Positions 50,114 through 60,138 of a stretch of 64,000 bases of DNA are shown here, piece by piece; within the stretch, counting starts at the first letter, position 1, and each line of letters starts with the position of its first letter. The notes under the pieces are model-generated. The model was not told the origin of the DNA. It worked only from the letters and a program-made list of their open reading frames with translations, and did no database searches. This DNA is from Massilia sp. W12 (GTDB lineage: Bacteria > Pseudomonadota > Gammaproteobacteria > Burkholderiales > Burkholderiaceae_D): assembly GCF_037300705.1 (NCBI RefSeq), contig NZ_CP147776.1, positions 5,026,857-5,090,856 on the forward strand, given 5' to 3'. The translations under genes were made by a program, and so were the position numbers.

Positions 50114-52198
50114 ATGGACGATCTTCGCCAACTTGGCCGTTATGAATTGACCCGCGTGCTGGGCCGTGGGGCTATGGGTGTCGTGTATTTGGGCACTGAC
50201 CCCAAATTGGGACGCCAGGTGGCGATCAAAACCATTTTGAAGAGCCAGATCAGCGACCCTGATCTGGAAAAGGAATATTCCGAGCGCTTCATCCGCGAAG
50301 CCAAGGCGGTGGCCCGGCTGAACCATCCGAACATTGTCACGGTGTTCGATTTCGGCGATGAAAATGAAATCGCCTTCATCGTCATGGAATTCATCCAGGG
50401 CGATGAACTCAAGACCTATTTCGACGAAAAGCGCCAATTTTCACTTGATGATGCGGTGCGCATGACCGGCGAGTTGCTGGATGCGCTGGACTATGCGCAT
50501 AACAATGGCATCGTGCATCGCGATATCAAGCCGGCGAATGTCATGCTGGACGGGCAAAACCGCGTCAAGCTGACCGATTTCGGCGTGGCCCGGCTGGCTG
50601 ACGCCGGGGCCGATCGGACTCAGGCCGGCACCATGGTCGGCACGCCCAGCTATATGTCGCCGGAACAGATCGAAGGCGCGGCAGTCGGCCCGCGTTCCGA
50701 TATTTTTGCAGTCGGCATCATCCTGTACCAATTTCTCACCGGTGAAAAACCCTTCCATGCGCAAGGCATGTGGGCGATTCAAAAGAAGATCATGACCGAA
50801 GACCCGGTCTTGCCGAGTGAGATGAATGCGGCGATTCCGGGCGCGTTTGATACGGTGATTTTGCGCGCGCTGGCGAAAAAGCCGGAGCAGCGCTACGCCA
50901 CTGCGCGCGAATTCAAAGAAGAATTGCAGCGCGCCCTGGCTGGCGAAGACCTGGGCGACGCCGACGCCACGCGCATGGTGTTGCGCCCCTCGGTGAATAC
51001 CCAGCGCAGCGCGGACGGCACGCGCCCGCCGACCCTGGGCGGGGCCAATGCGACGCAGAGCGGAACCGGAACCGGCAGCCAGAATGAAGGCACCGCCGGC
51101 CTGGAGATTGAATTCTGGCGTTCGATTAAAGATTCTGATGACCCGCAGGAAGTGGAAGCGTATTTGAAACGCTTCCCCGGCGGCGTGTACACCGAGCTGG
51201 CGCAACGCAAGCTGGCCAAATTGCGCGGCGAGGGCACGTCTTCGCTCAAGCCGCCGTTCGCCCAGGCGGAAGATGATGCGACCCAGGTGGTCGGCAGCGG
51301 CATGCGTTTGCCGCCAGCCCCGGCCCCGGCCCCAAGTCCGGCCACGGGCGCCAGCCCGGCGCCGGTTGCATCCGCTGCAACTGCGGAAAAAGGCAAGGGG
51401 GTGCTGTTTGGCGGCATCGCCGCCGGTGCGCTGGCCTTGGCCGGCGTGGCCTGGATGTTGAGCGGCAGCCCGGCACCAAGTCCGGCCCCGGCCCCGTCTG
51501 CCAGCGCATCGGCGCCGGAGAGCGCGCCTGGCACAAGCCCCAGCCCTGAACCAGTCCCGACGCCTGCGCCGACGCCGACGCCGACGCCAAGCGTGACGCC
51601 GGAACCCAGCCCGACGCCGCTCGCCACGCCGTCACCCGCGCCGACCCCGGCCAAAAAAGAATTGACGCCGGAAGAGAAGAAAAAGGCGGACGAAGAAGCC
51701 GAGAAGAAGCGTAAAGAGCGCGAAGAAAAGAAAAAGGCCGAGGACGAAGCGAAGAAAAAAGCCCAGGACGAAGCCGCCAAGAAAAAAGAAGAAGACGCAC
51801 GCAAGAAGGCTGACGAAGAATTCAAGAAAAAATTGGCCGACGAAAAGAAGCGGGTGGAAGAGGAGGCGGCGAAGAAAAAAGTCGAGGAAGAAATCCGCAA
51901 ACGCGCAGCGGAAGAGGAAGCCAAGCGCGCCGCCGCAGCGCCGGCCCCGGCAGCCGGTATGTCGGCTTCACAGATGCGCGCCGAAGCGCAAGCGCTGGAA
52001 GGTCAAGGCAAGATGCGCGAAGCGGTGCGCATGTATAAAAATGCGGCGAATGCCGGCGATGGCGAAGCCGCCAAGCGCTTGCATAACATCTACGGCAAGG
52101 GCGAGGGCGGCATCGCGCGCGATTATGCCGAATCGGTGAAGTGGGGCGATGTGGCGCGCAAGCGCGGGATTGATATTCCGAAAGGCGATAAGCTGTGA
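50114..52198 (+). CDS. Hanks-type serine/threonine protein kinase with a Pro/Ala/Thr-rich linker, TM segment, Lys/Glu-rich low-complexity region and a C-terminal Sel1-like repeat.
   Basis: GRGAMGVVY…VAIK…HRDIKPANVML…DFGVA…SPE (kinase subdomains I-VIII). TM VLFGGIAAGALALAGVAWML. A KKAEDEAKKKAQDEAAKKKEED tract. Confidence 0.85.
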   Translation: MDDLRQLGRYELTRVLGRGAMGVVYLGTDPKLGRQVAIKTILKSQISDPDLEKEYSERFIREAKAVARLNHPNIVTVFDFGDENEIAFIVMEFIQGDELKTYFDEKRQFSLDDAVRMTGELLDALDYAHNNGIVHRDIKPANVMLDGQNRVKLTDFGVARLADAGADRTQAGTMVGTPSYMSPEQIEGAAVGPRSDIFAVGIILYQFLTGEKPFHAQGMWAIQKKIMTEDPVLPSEMNAAIPGAFDTVILRALAKKPEQRYATAREFKEELQRALAGEDLGDADATRMVLRPSVNTQRSADGTRPPTLGGANATQSGTGTGSQNEGTAGLEIEFWRSIKDSDDPQEVEAYLKRFPGGVYTELAQRKLAKLRGEGTSSLKPPFAQAEDDATQVVGSGMRLPPAPAPAPSPATGASPAPVASAATAEKGKGVLFGGIAAGALALAGVAWMLSGSPAPSPAPAPSASASAPESAPGTSPSPEPVPTPAPTPTPTPSVTPEPSPTPLATPSPAPTPAKKELTPEEKKKADEEAEKKRKEREEKKKAEDEAKKKAQDEAAKKKEEDARKKADEEFKKKLADEKKRVEEEAAKKKVEEEIRKRAAEEEAKRAAAAPAPAAGMSASQMRAEAQALEGQGKMREAVRMYKNAANAGDGEAAKRLHNIYGKGEGGIARDYAESVKWGDVARKRGIDIPKGDKL

Positions 52199-52563
52199 TT
52201 ACAGCCCGTTTGCCGGAAAAGCAAACTTATCTGGCGCGTTGTCATTGTGGTGCGGTGCATTTTCGCATCCGCACCGATTGGCCTGAGCTGACCACCTGCG
52301 ACTGCTCGATTTGCCGCATGAAGAACGCGCGCATGGTGATGGTGCATGAAAGCGAGCTGGAGCTGCTGCAAGGCGCGGACAGCTTGACGGAGTACCGTTT
52401 TCACACCCAAACCGCGCGCCATTTCTTTTGCAAGCATTGCGGGATTTACACCTTTCACCGCAAACGCATGTTGCCCGACCATTACGGTGTGAATGTGGCC
52501 TGCGTGCAGGATGTGACCGTGGCCATCACGCCGCGCATCGCCCACGGCGCAGCCTTGCCTTAA
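52195..52563 (+). CDS. GFA-family protein (glutathione-dependent formaldehyde-activating / CENP-V-like zinc-binding fold).
   Basis: CHCGAVHF…CDCSIC…FFCKHCG cysteine pattern. Confidence 0.7.
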   Translation: MITARLPEKQTYLARCHCGAVHFRIRTDWPELTTCDCSICRMKNARMVMVHESELELLQGADSLTEYRFHTQTARHFFCKHCGIYTFHRKRMLPDHYGVNVACVQDVTVAITPRIAHGAALP

Positions 52564-52683
52564 TCTTTCATGCGCATCACCTTCACGCGCGCTGCAGAGA
52601 CCGGGTTTGCAGATTTGAATCGAGCCAGATAATCTTCAAGCCGCCAGCGTGCGGCAACTGACCCGTTGGCATTGGTTTTCAGC

Positions 52684-52722
52684 GCTGCACCTCAAAAAAA
52701 ACCCGCAATCGCTTGCGCATTT
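52684..52722. terminator. Bidirectional rho-independent terminator between the GFA gene and the Tim44-like gene.
   Basis: aaaaaaaacccgcaatcgcttgcgcatttgcggggttttc: a GC hairpin flanked by an A-run and a T-run. Confidence 0.6.
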
Positions 52723-52778
52723 GCGGGGTTTTCAATATCAGCGTGTGAGCGGCGCGCCTTGCGTATTCCCGGGCAAGC

Positions 52779-54038
52779 TCAATATTGCCGGATATCCGTC
52801 AACAGCCAGTTTTCCCGTCCGTGCACCGAGCGGCTTAACCGCCATAATTCCTCAAATGCTTCCTGCTGCGGGTTGCTGGACTCTTTAATGATGCCGGTCA
52901 TCTTCACCGTCACCACAAATTTTTGCGATTCCTGCTTCAAACCCAGCACTTCCGCTTCAAACGCCAGCACATCTGTCTGGTTTTCGCTTGGCCCCCGGGC
53001 CGCGATCTGGCGTTGAAATTCGGCGCAGATTTCCGGCGAAGTGATTTCAGCGATGTTTTGAATATCGGAACGGTCCCAGGCGATTTGCAGGCGGATGAAA
53101 TAAATCCGCGCCTTGCGGACAAAGCCGGCCACATTGAAATTCGGCGGCAAGACGCCGAAGTCTTCACCATATTTATTCACCGTGACAGCGGCGCGTGCGG
53201 CGGCGTTGGCGGCTTGTGAGGCCATATGCGCGCGCTCTGCCGGCGTGGATGGTAAATCCTGGCGCAAAGCGGCCTGGGTGTTTTCGTAACGGTTTCCGCC
53301 CTCATTCGAGAAATTGGTGTTGGCGTAAGCCGTGTACTGGGTCGGGCGCATCATCGCGGTGTTGCTGCGCGTGGTATGGCGCTGGCTCGCTTCCGGGGCC
53401 TGTTCGGCGATCCGGCTCAACGGCCCGGTGCGGGTCTCGGGGCCGGTGCGGGTATGCGGCCCGGTGCGGGTATTGCCGCCCATGCTGCGCGATTCCGGGC
53501 CGGGCGCGCGCATGCTTGGCTCGCGCCGGGTTTCCGGATTGCGGCTGCGCCGTTTTTCCTGTTCCGCCTGCAGCTTGCGGGCGGCGTTGATGCGTGCTTT
53601 TTCCTGCATGCGCATGTACGCCATGCGCAGCAGCGCCAGCAGCAAGAGCGGTGTCAATAAGCTTAAAACCAGTTGCAGCAAAGGGTGATTCACGCCAACT
53701 GCGCGCCACAGCGGGCCGACGCCAAAACTGTCCAGGCTCAAGGCGAGCTGGCTTTGCCAAGTGGTTTTGGGTGTGCTGACATCTTCTGATAGCAAATCTC
53801 TGGCGATTTCCTTTTGCCGGTTGCTTTGTTGCGGTGTCGGCGCATCTTCCGCGTGCTTACTCTTTTGCGCACGGCGGCTGGCGCGCTCTTCGCTGCGCGT
53901 TTGTTGCGCTTCTGCGGGCGCATCTGTTTCCACGCTTTGCGCCGCGCCAGGCGGCGTCACGCCGCCCAGGCCCAAAGCCAGGAAGATGAACAAAACCCGC
54001 TTGCGCCATCGCGTCGCAAGCTGCCGGCCTTTCTCCAT
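52779..54038 (-). CDS. Tim44-like domain protein (membrane-anchored, Arg/Thr-rich linker, C-terminal Tim44/SnoaL-like domain), downstream of ubiE.
   Basis: Signal/TM RVLFIFLALGLGGV. The C-terminal …FVRKARIYFIRLQIAWDRSDIQNIAEITSPEICAEFQRQI… is typical of bacterial Tim44-like proteins in ubi clusters. Confidence 0.65.
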   Translation of the reverse strand: MEKGRQLATRWRKRVLFIFLALGLGGVTPPGAAQSVETDAPAEAQQTRSEERASRRAQKSKHAEDAPTPQQSNRQKEIARDLLSEDVSTPKTTWQSQLALSLDSFGVGPLWRAVGVNHPLLQLVLSLLTPLLLLALLRMAYMRMQEKARINAARKLQAEQEKRRSRNPETRREPSMRAPGPESRSMGGNTRTGPHTRTGPETRTGPLSRIAEQAPEASQRHTTRSNTAMMRPTQYTAYANTNFSNEGGNRYENTQAALRQDLPSTPAERAHMASQAANAAARAAVTVNKYGEDFGVLPPNFNVAGFVRKARIYFIRLQIAWDRSDIQNIAEITSPEICAEFQRQIAARGPSENQTDVLAFEAEVLGLKQESQKFVVTVKMTGIIKESSNPQQEAFEELWRLSRSVHGRENWLLTDIRQY

Positions 54039-54046
54039 GCCAACTC

Positions 54047-54781
54047 CTAGAGTTTGACGCCAGTGTGCAAAGCGACCACACCTGCGCTCAAGTTGAAATA
54101 CTCAACCCGCTCAAGGCCTGCATCTTCCATCATCTTCTTAAGTGTTTCCTGATCGGGGTGCATGCGGATGGATTCGGCCAGATAGCGATAACTGTCGGCA
54201 TCGCCGGCGATTTTCGCGCCAAGCCACGGCAATACCGAGAAAGAATATACATCGTAAGGTTTTTGCAGCGGCGCGGCGACTTTTGAGAATTCCAGCACCA
54301 ATAAACGCCCGCCGGGTTTGAGCACGCGCTGCATTTGCTGCAAAGCGCGGTCTTTATGCGTCATATTGCGCAAACCGAATGCAACGCTGACGCGGTCAAA
54401 ATAATTATCGGGAAAGGGCAGGTTTTCCGCATCGCACAAGGCGCAGGGCGTGAGCAGGCCTTCATTTAACAGGCGGTCGCGGCCTACGCGCAGCATGGAT
54501 TCATTGATGTCGGTCAGCCAGACTTCGCCTTGCGGGCCGGCCTGGCGCGCAAAGGCGCGCGTCAAATCGCCGGTGCCGGCGGCAATGTCCAGCACTTTAT
54601 GGCCGGGGCGGATGGCGGCTTTGGCAATCGTGAACGTTTTCCATACACGATGCAAACCTGCCGACATCAAGTCATTCATTACATCATACTTATTGGCGAC
54701 GGAATGGAAGACTTCTGCAACTTTATGCACTTTTTCGTGTTCTTCCACGGTTTTATAGCCAAAATGTGTCGTGTTTCCCAT
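54047..54781 (-). CDS. ubiE: Ubiquinone/menaquinone biosynthesis C-methyltransferase.
   Basis: [37 protein letters not shown]…[10 protein letters not shown]…[15 protein letters not shown]…[16 protein letters not shown] is near-canonical UbiE. Confidence 0.95.
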   Translation of the reverse strand: MGNTTHFGYKTVEEHEKVHKVAEVFHSVANKYDVMNDLMSAGLHRVWKTFTIAKAAIRPGHKVLDIAAGTGDLTRAFARQAGPQGEVWLTDINESMLRVGRDRLLNEGLLTPCALCDAENLPFPDNYFDRVSVAFGLRNMTHKDRALQQMQRVLKPGGRLLVLEFSKVAAPLQKPYDVYSFSVLPWLGAKIAGDADSYRYLAESIRMHPDQETLKKMMEDAGLERVEYFNLSAGVVALHTGVKL

Positions 54782-55076
54782 GTCGCCAACTGGTATTTGT
54801 AAAAAAAATGTGTCAGCCATTATACAAGCGTGTCAAGCTTTTGGTTTTGGGCCGGGGATGATTGGAGGCTTTAATCTGACCAGCGGCAGGGTTTTACCGG
54901 TGGGGACGTGTTTGCGGCGCAACAAAGTTGTTATAAATAATATGGCTAATTTGATAATTGTAGTGACTGTTATCGCCAGTTTTCTTGGCAGGTGAACTGT
55001 GTTGTGATGGCGGTTACTGCGCAGCTGTACGCAAAATCGCAAGCTGCGCATGGCTGCGCAGCGTGTCCAGACTGTT

Positions 55077-55481
55077 TCAGGGTTTGCTTTTGCTGACCTT
55101 GGCTTCCACTGCGCCGCCGGCTTCTTTCCAGGCGGCAAAACCGCCGGCGATATGCGCCACCGGCTGCAGGCCCATGTCCTGCACGGTTTTGGTAGTCAAG
55201 GCGCTGCGCCAGCCGGCAGCGCAAAAGAACACAAATTCCTTCTTTTCGCCGAAAACAGGCTTGAAATACGGTGATTCGGGGTCGATCCAGAATTCAATCA
55301 TGCCGCGCGGCGCATGAAAGGCGCCGGGAATCACGCCTTCGCGCTCCAGTTCACGCACATCGCGCACATCAATCAGCTGTAAATACGGATCGCCCAGGCG
55401 CGCCATGATTTGCTTGGGCGTGTAGGTGGTGATTTCCGCATTCGCTTGCGCCACCAGTGCTTCATAACCTGTCTTCAACAT
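55077..55481 (-). CDS. Rhodanese-domain protein (single domain, active-site Cys).
   Basis: …LIDVRDVRELEREGVIPGAFHAPRG…FVFFCAAGWRSALT… is the rhodanese CxxGxR loop. Confidence 0.75.
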   Translation of the reverse strand: MLKTGYEALVAQANAEITTYTPKQIMARLGDPYLQLIDVRDVRELEREGVIPGAFHAPRGMIEFWIDPESPYFKPVFGEKKEFVFFCAAGWRSALTTKTVQDMGLQPVAHIAGGFAAWKEAGGAVEAKVSKSKP

Positions 55482-55496
55482 GCTCTTCCCCTTGGT

Positions 55497-56087
55497 CTAT
55501 GGTGTGTCTGCGTCAGCATTGCAAAAAATACCGTGCATGGCAATATCATGCGCGTCTGCGGCAAACTGCGCCGCCTGAAAAGCATACGCCACGCCATAGC
55601 CTTTGCTGTGCGGGGCGGCGGCCAGGGTGCGGTCGTAAAAACCGCCGCCATAGCCCAGGCGGAAATGCGCAGGATTGAAGGCGACACAGGGAATCAAGAG
55701 GTGCGCCGGAGTGTCTTGCCACTCCGGCGCGGCCGGTTGCGGCACCTTCATGGCCCCCGGCGTCATCGGCATGCCGGGGCGCCAGCGCGCAAATCGCAGC
55801 GGCGCTCCAGGCGCTTGCACCAGCGGCAGCGCCAAGCGCACCCCGCGTTGCGTCAAACGCTCCCACAGCTGGCGTAAATCCGGCTCCCCCTGGATCGGCC
55901 AGTACACCCCCAATTCGCTGATTTGCCCTTCGGCTTGCCAACGCAGGATGGCGGCGCTGATTTCAGCATCCCAGCGTGCGCGGCTGGCGTCATCCAGCGC
56001 GCGTCTTTGCGCCAGCAGGCTGCGCCGCAATGCCGCTTTATCATGTGTGGGCGGCTGGACTGTGCTATGGTTCTGCTCCATGACCAA
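55497..56087 (-). CDS. 5-formyltetrahydrofolate cyclo-ligase.
   Basis: LRRSLLAQRRAL…PIQGEPDL…GYGGGFYDRTLA family motifs. Confidence 0.8.
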   Translation of the reverse strand: MVMEQNHSTVQPPTHDKAALRRSLLAQRRALDDASRARWDAEISAAILRWQAEGQISELGVYWPIQGEPDLRQLWERLTQRGVRLALPLVQAPGAPLRFARWRPGMPMTPGAMKVPQPAAPEWQDTPAHLLIPCVAFNPAHFRLGYGGGFYDRTLAAAPHSKGYGVAYAFQAAQFAADAHDIAMHGIFCNADADTP

Positions 56088-56101
56088 GTGTTTCCAATAA
56101 G

Positions 56102-58093
56102 ATGAATTCCGTCAAAACTGTTGCATTTCTGATTGCGCTGGCATGCACCGTCAGCGCTCCCTTGAGTGTTGAGGCGCGCCAGAGCAAGGCTGCAAAAGCC
56201 GCGCCGGCCAAACCTTTGCCCAAAGTCGCCACGCCGATTGCGCTGGATGCCGCCGACAGCCAATTTCTGGCGCTGCGCGATGCTGTGCGCAATGATAATG
56301 CAGTGCGCGCGCGGCAACTGGCGGCGCAGCTGAAAGATTATGCGATTCCGGCCTATGTCGATTATTACCTGCTGAAAGCGGAATGGAAGGCGAATGGCGA
56401 AGAGGGGATTCGCGCCTTTTTGCAAAAATACGATGGCATGGCGATTGCCGACCGGGTGCGCAATGACTGGCTGCTGGATTTGGGCAGAAACCGGCAATGG
56501 GCTTTGTTTGAAGAACAATACCCGCTGTTTCAGTTGAATGACGATATGCAACTGAAATGCTATGACTTGATGGCGCGCCAGGCCAGGGGCGTGCGCGTGA
56601 CGGACGATGCGCGCGGCTTGCTGGTCAATCCGCGTGATTATGGCGAAGCCTGCGCCAACCTGATTACCCAATTGCTGGAAAGCCGCCAATTCAACGAGGC
56701 CGATTTATGGGCGCAAATCCGGCTGGCGGTGGAAACCGGGGCCACGGTGCAAGCGCGCCGCCTGCTCAGCCAGGCCGGCGTGAGTGACAAACAGGCCGCG
56801 CAAACCCTGGACAAACCGGCCTTGACGCTGGGCCACGGGGCGGGCGGCAGCAATAAAGTGGAGCATGAATTATTCATTCTGGCCTTGGGCCGCATGGCGC
56901 GCAGCGGCGCAGCCGGCGTGGCGAATGCGGCGCAAGCCCTGGAGCGCGTGCGCCGTCAGTTAAGTGAGAAAGAAGCCGCGCAGGGCTGGGCGCAAATCGC
57001 CTTGCCGGCGGCGCAAAGCCTGCGCCCGGAAGCAATGGATTATTGGCGCGCCAGCGAAGGCGCGCTGCTGTCGCCGGAAGCGGCGCAATGGAAGGTGCGC
57101 AGCGCCTTGCGCGCGCATGATTTCGCCATGGTCAAGCGCACGATTGAAAACATGCCGGCGGAATTGCGCAGCGAGCCGGCCTGGATTTATTGGCTGGCGC
57201 GCGCTTTGATGGCGGAAGCCGGCGTCGGCGAGATGCCGGCCATGGCGCGCAATCTCTTACAGTCGATTGCCGGACAATTACATTTCTATGGCCTGCTGGC
57301 GGCGGAAGAGCTGGGCCAGAAATTCCATTTGCCGACCCCGCCGCAAGCCTTAAGCGCGGCCGAATTGCAGCAAGCGGCGCAAAATCCCGGTTTGAAGCGC
57401 GCCCTGAAATTTTTCGCCATGGGATTGCGTTTTGAGGGCGTGCGCGAATGGAATTGGGAATTGCGCAAGATGTCTGACCGGCAAATCATCGCCGCCGCCG
57501 AATTGGCGCGCCAATATGAGATGCTGGACCGCATGGTCAATACCTCCGACCGCAGCAAACAGGAAATCGAGATGCTGCAGCGCTACCCTTCGCCGCATCT
57601 GGACGTGATGCAAAACATTGCCGGCCAGTTAGGTCTTGATAAAGCCTGGGCGTATGGCCTGATCCGGCAGGAATCGCGCTTTATTTTGAACGCCAGATCC
57701 AGCGTGGGCGCATCCGGCCTGATGCAATTGATGCCGGCCACCGCCAGCTGGGTGGCGCAAAAAATCGGCATGAAGGGCTTTGCCCAGCATCAGGTCAACG
57801 ATATTCAAACCAATATCACGCTCGGCGCGAATTATTTGCACATGGTGTTGCAGGGCTTGAATCAATCGCAAACGCTGGCCTCGGCAGCGTATAACGCCGG
57901 CCCGGGCCGGCCCAAAAACTGGCGCAGCACCTTGGCGCATCCGGTCGAAGGCGCGATATTCGCCGAGAGCATTCCCTTCCTGGAAACCCGCACCTATGTC
58001 AAAAACGTGCTGGCCAACGCCACATGCTATGCTGCTTTGTTCGAGAAAAAGCCGCAGTCGCTCAAAGCCCGCCTGGGCACGATCACACCGTAA
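56102..58093 (+). CDS. slt: Soluble lytic murein transglycosylase (Slt70-like).
   Basis: Signal peptide MNSVKTVAFLIALACTVSAPLSVEA. Superhelical N-terminal domain. C-terminal catalytic motifs …ESRFILNARSSVGASGLMQLMPATA… and AYNAGPG. Confidence 0.85.
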   Translation: MNSVKTVAFLIALACTVSAPLSVEARQSKAAKAAPAKPLPKVATPIALDAADSQFLALRDAVRNDNAVRARQLAAQLKDYAIPAYVDYYLLKAEWKANGEEGIRAFLQKYDGMAIADRVRNDWLLDLGRNRQWALFEEQYPLFQLNDDMQLKCYDLMARQARGVRVTDDARGLLVNPRDYGEACANLITQLLESRQFNEADLWAQIRLAVETGATVQARRLLSQAGVSDKQAAQTLDKPALTLGHGAGGSNKVEHELFILALGRMARSGAAGVANAAQALERVRRQLSEKEAAQGWAQIALPAAQSLRPEAMDYWRASEGALLSPEAAQWKVRSALRAHDFAMVKRTIENMPAELRSEPAWIYWLARALMAEAGVGEMPAMARNLLQSIAGQLHFYGLLAAEELGQKFHLPTPPQALSAAELQQAAQNPGLKRALKFFAMGLRFEGVREWNWELRKMSDRQIIAAAELARQYEMLDRMVNTSDRSKQEIEMLQRYPSPHLDVMQNIAGQLGLDKAWAYGLIRQESRFILNARSSVGASGLMQLMPATASWVAQKIGMKGFAQHQVNDIQTNITLGANYLHMVLQGLNQSQTLASAAYNAGPGRPKNWRSTLAHPVEGAIFAESIPFLETRTYVKNVLANATCYAALFEKKPQSLKARLGTITP

Positions 58094-58104
58094 AGAGGCA
58101 GATG

Positions 58105-58824
58105 ATGGAAAACACAACCGCACTTGATCCGCAAGTCGCGCGCACCCTGCAGGAAATGGAAAAACGCGCTTACACCCTGGTGATCGGCAACAAGAATTAT
58201 TCCTCCTGGTCGATGCGTCCCTGGCTGGTGATGACCGCATTCGGCATTCCTTTCAAAGAAGTGCGCATTTTGCTGGACCAGCCTGACACCGCAAACCGGA
58301 TTGCCGAATTTTCCAATGCGGGCCGGGTGCCGGTCTTGCTTACCGGCGATATGGTGATCTGGGATTCGCTGTCGATTTGCGAATTCCTGGCCGAGCAATT
58401 CCCGGAAAAAAATATGTGGCCGCAAGACACCGAAGCGCGTGCGATTGCGCGCAGCGTGTGCGCCGAAATGCACGCCGGCTTTGGCGCTTTGCGCAGCTCG
58501 ATGCCGATGAATATCCGCGCCTCGCATCCAGGCAAGGGACGCAACGCCGGCTCCCAGGCGGATATTGGCCGCATCAGCGAGATTTGGGAAGATTGCTTCG
58601 CCCGCTTTGGCGCGCAACGCTTTTTGTTTGGCGATTTCTCAATTGCCGATGCCTATTACGCCCCGGTGGTGATGCGCTTTTGCACCTATGGCGTGACGCT
58701 GGCCCCGGCGCTGAATGCCTATCTGGAGCGGGTTTGCCAGCATCCGGCAGTGGCGCAATGGGTGCGCGATGCGCACGCCGAACCCGAATCCCTGCCCGCG
58801 ACGGATAATTTCTTCAATTCCTGA
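58105..58824 (+). CDS. Glutathione S-transferase family protein.
   Basis: Thioredoxin-like N-terminal domain (…YTLVIGNKNYSSWSMRPWLVM…) and a helical C-terminal domain. AAGAGG RBS before the ATG at 58102/58105. Confidence 0.7.
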   Translation: MENTTALDPQVARTLQEMEKRAYTLVIGNKNYSSWSMRPWLVMTAFGIPFKEVRILLDQPDTANRIAEFSNAGRVPVLLTGDMVIWDSLSICEFLAEQFPEKNMWPQDTEARAIARSVCAEMHAGFGALRSSMPMNIRASHPGKGRNAGSQADIGRISEIWEDCFARFGAQRFLFGDFSIADAYYAPVVMRFCTYGVTLAPALNAYLERVCQHPAVAQWVRDAHAEPESLPATDNFFNS

Positions 58825-58826
58825 GC

Positions 58827-59942
58827 ATGCGGATTTATTGTGTTGGCGGCGCGGTGCGCGACAGCCTGCTCGGGCTGCCGGTCTCTGACCATGATTATGT
58901 GGTGGTCGGCGCCACGCCGCAGCAAATGCTGCAGGCCGGCTATCTGCAAGTCGGCAAAGATTTCCCGGTGTTTTTGCATCCGCACACGCATGACGAATAC
59001 GCGCTCGCCCGCACTGAGCGCAAAACCGCCCCCGGCTACAAAGGTTTCCAGGTCTATGCCGCGCCCGATGTCACGCTGGAAGAAGATCTGGCGCGGCGCG
59101 ATCTGACCATCAATGCGATTGCGCGCGATCAGGACGGCCAGATCATCGACCCCTGGGGCGGGCAGCGCGATCTGCAGGCGCGCATTCTGCGCCATGTGTC
59201 CCAGGCATTCAGCGAAGACCCGGTGCGCATCTTGCGCCTGGCGCGCTTCGCCGCACGCTTCACTGATTTTGAGGTGGCCCCGGAAACCATGGGCTTGATG
59301 CAGCAAATGGTGGCGCATGGCGAGGTCGATGCGCTGGTGGCCGAACGCGTCTGGCAGGAAGTGGCGCGCGGCCTGCAGGAAGCGCGACCTTCGCGCATGC
59401 TGCAGATTTTGCGCGCTTGCGGCGCCTGGGCGCGTTTGGCCCCGGAGTTGGAAGCGTGCTGGCGCGCACCGGCGCAATATGGCCGCACCCTGACCCGGCT
59501 CGACCATGCGCCGCCGCAATTAGCGCTGCGCTTTGCACTCTTGCTGCACGAATTAGGGCAGGATGAGGCGGCTTTGCGCACCCTGTGCGCACGCTGGAAA
59601 ACGCCGACGGAATGCCAGGATCTGGCCTTGTTGTATCTGCGACACGCCAGCCAGCTGCGCGCCGGCGCCGCGCTGAACGCCGCTCAAAGCGTGGCTTTGC
59701 TGCAAGCCTGCGACGCCTGGCGCCGACCTGAGCGTTTCGACTGCTTGCTGCAAGTGCTGGCGGCGGATTGGCCGGAACAGGATAACAGCGCCCTGTGCGC
59801 GCAGTGGCAAGCGCGCTTGCACGCGGCCAGCGCAATCGATAGCGGCGCCGTGGCGCAGCGGGTGCGCGAGCAGGGCGGCGATCCGGCGCAAATCGGCCAC
59901 GCCATCCATGCCGCGCGGGTGGCGGCCTTGGCTGCGCTGTAA
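58827..59942 (+). CDS. cca: tRNA nucleotidyltransferase (CCA-adding enzyme), short form without HD domain.
   Basis: MRIYCVGGAVRDSLLGLPVSDHDYVVVGATPQQML…GKDFPVFLHP…EYALARTERK…DLARRDLTINAIA is nearly collinear with E. coli Cca head/neck. Confidence 0.9.
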   Translation: MRIYCVGGAVRDSLLGLPVSDHDYVVVGATPQQMLQAGYLQVGKDFPVFLHPHTHDEYALARTERKTAPGYKGFQVYAAPDVTLEEDLARRDLTINAIARDQDGQIIDPWGGQRDLQARILRHVSQAFSEDPVRILRLARFAARFTDFEVAPETMGLMQQMVAHGEVDALVAERVWQEVARGLQEARPSRMLQILRACGAWARLAPELEACWRAPAQYGRTLTRLDHAPPQLALRFALLLHELGQDEAALRTLCARWKTPTECQDLALLYLRHASQLRAGAALNAAQSVALLQACDAWRRPERFDCLLQVLAADWPEQDNSALCAQWQARLHAASAIDSGAVAQRVREQGGDPAQIGHAIHAARVAALAAL

Positions 59943-60138
59943 AACTGCGCCGCCAGCGTTTGGCTTGCCCTGGTGAAACTGCTATGCTTGTTCACCACGG
60001 CAGCCGCCGTGATGCGACCCTATCCCGAATCCAGCCCATGATGCAAAGTCTGACCGCCACTTCAGTTTCAGCCGGTGCGCCGCGCGCGTGCCGGCATGCT
60101 GCGCACAGGGGGCGGCGGTGAATGTCTGGCGTCGCCTG

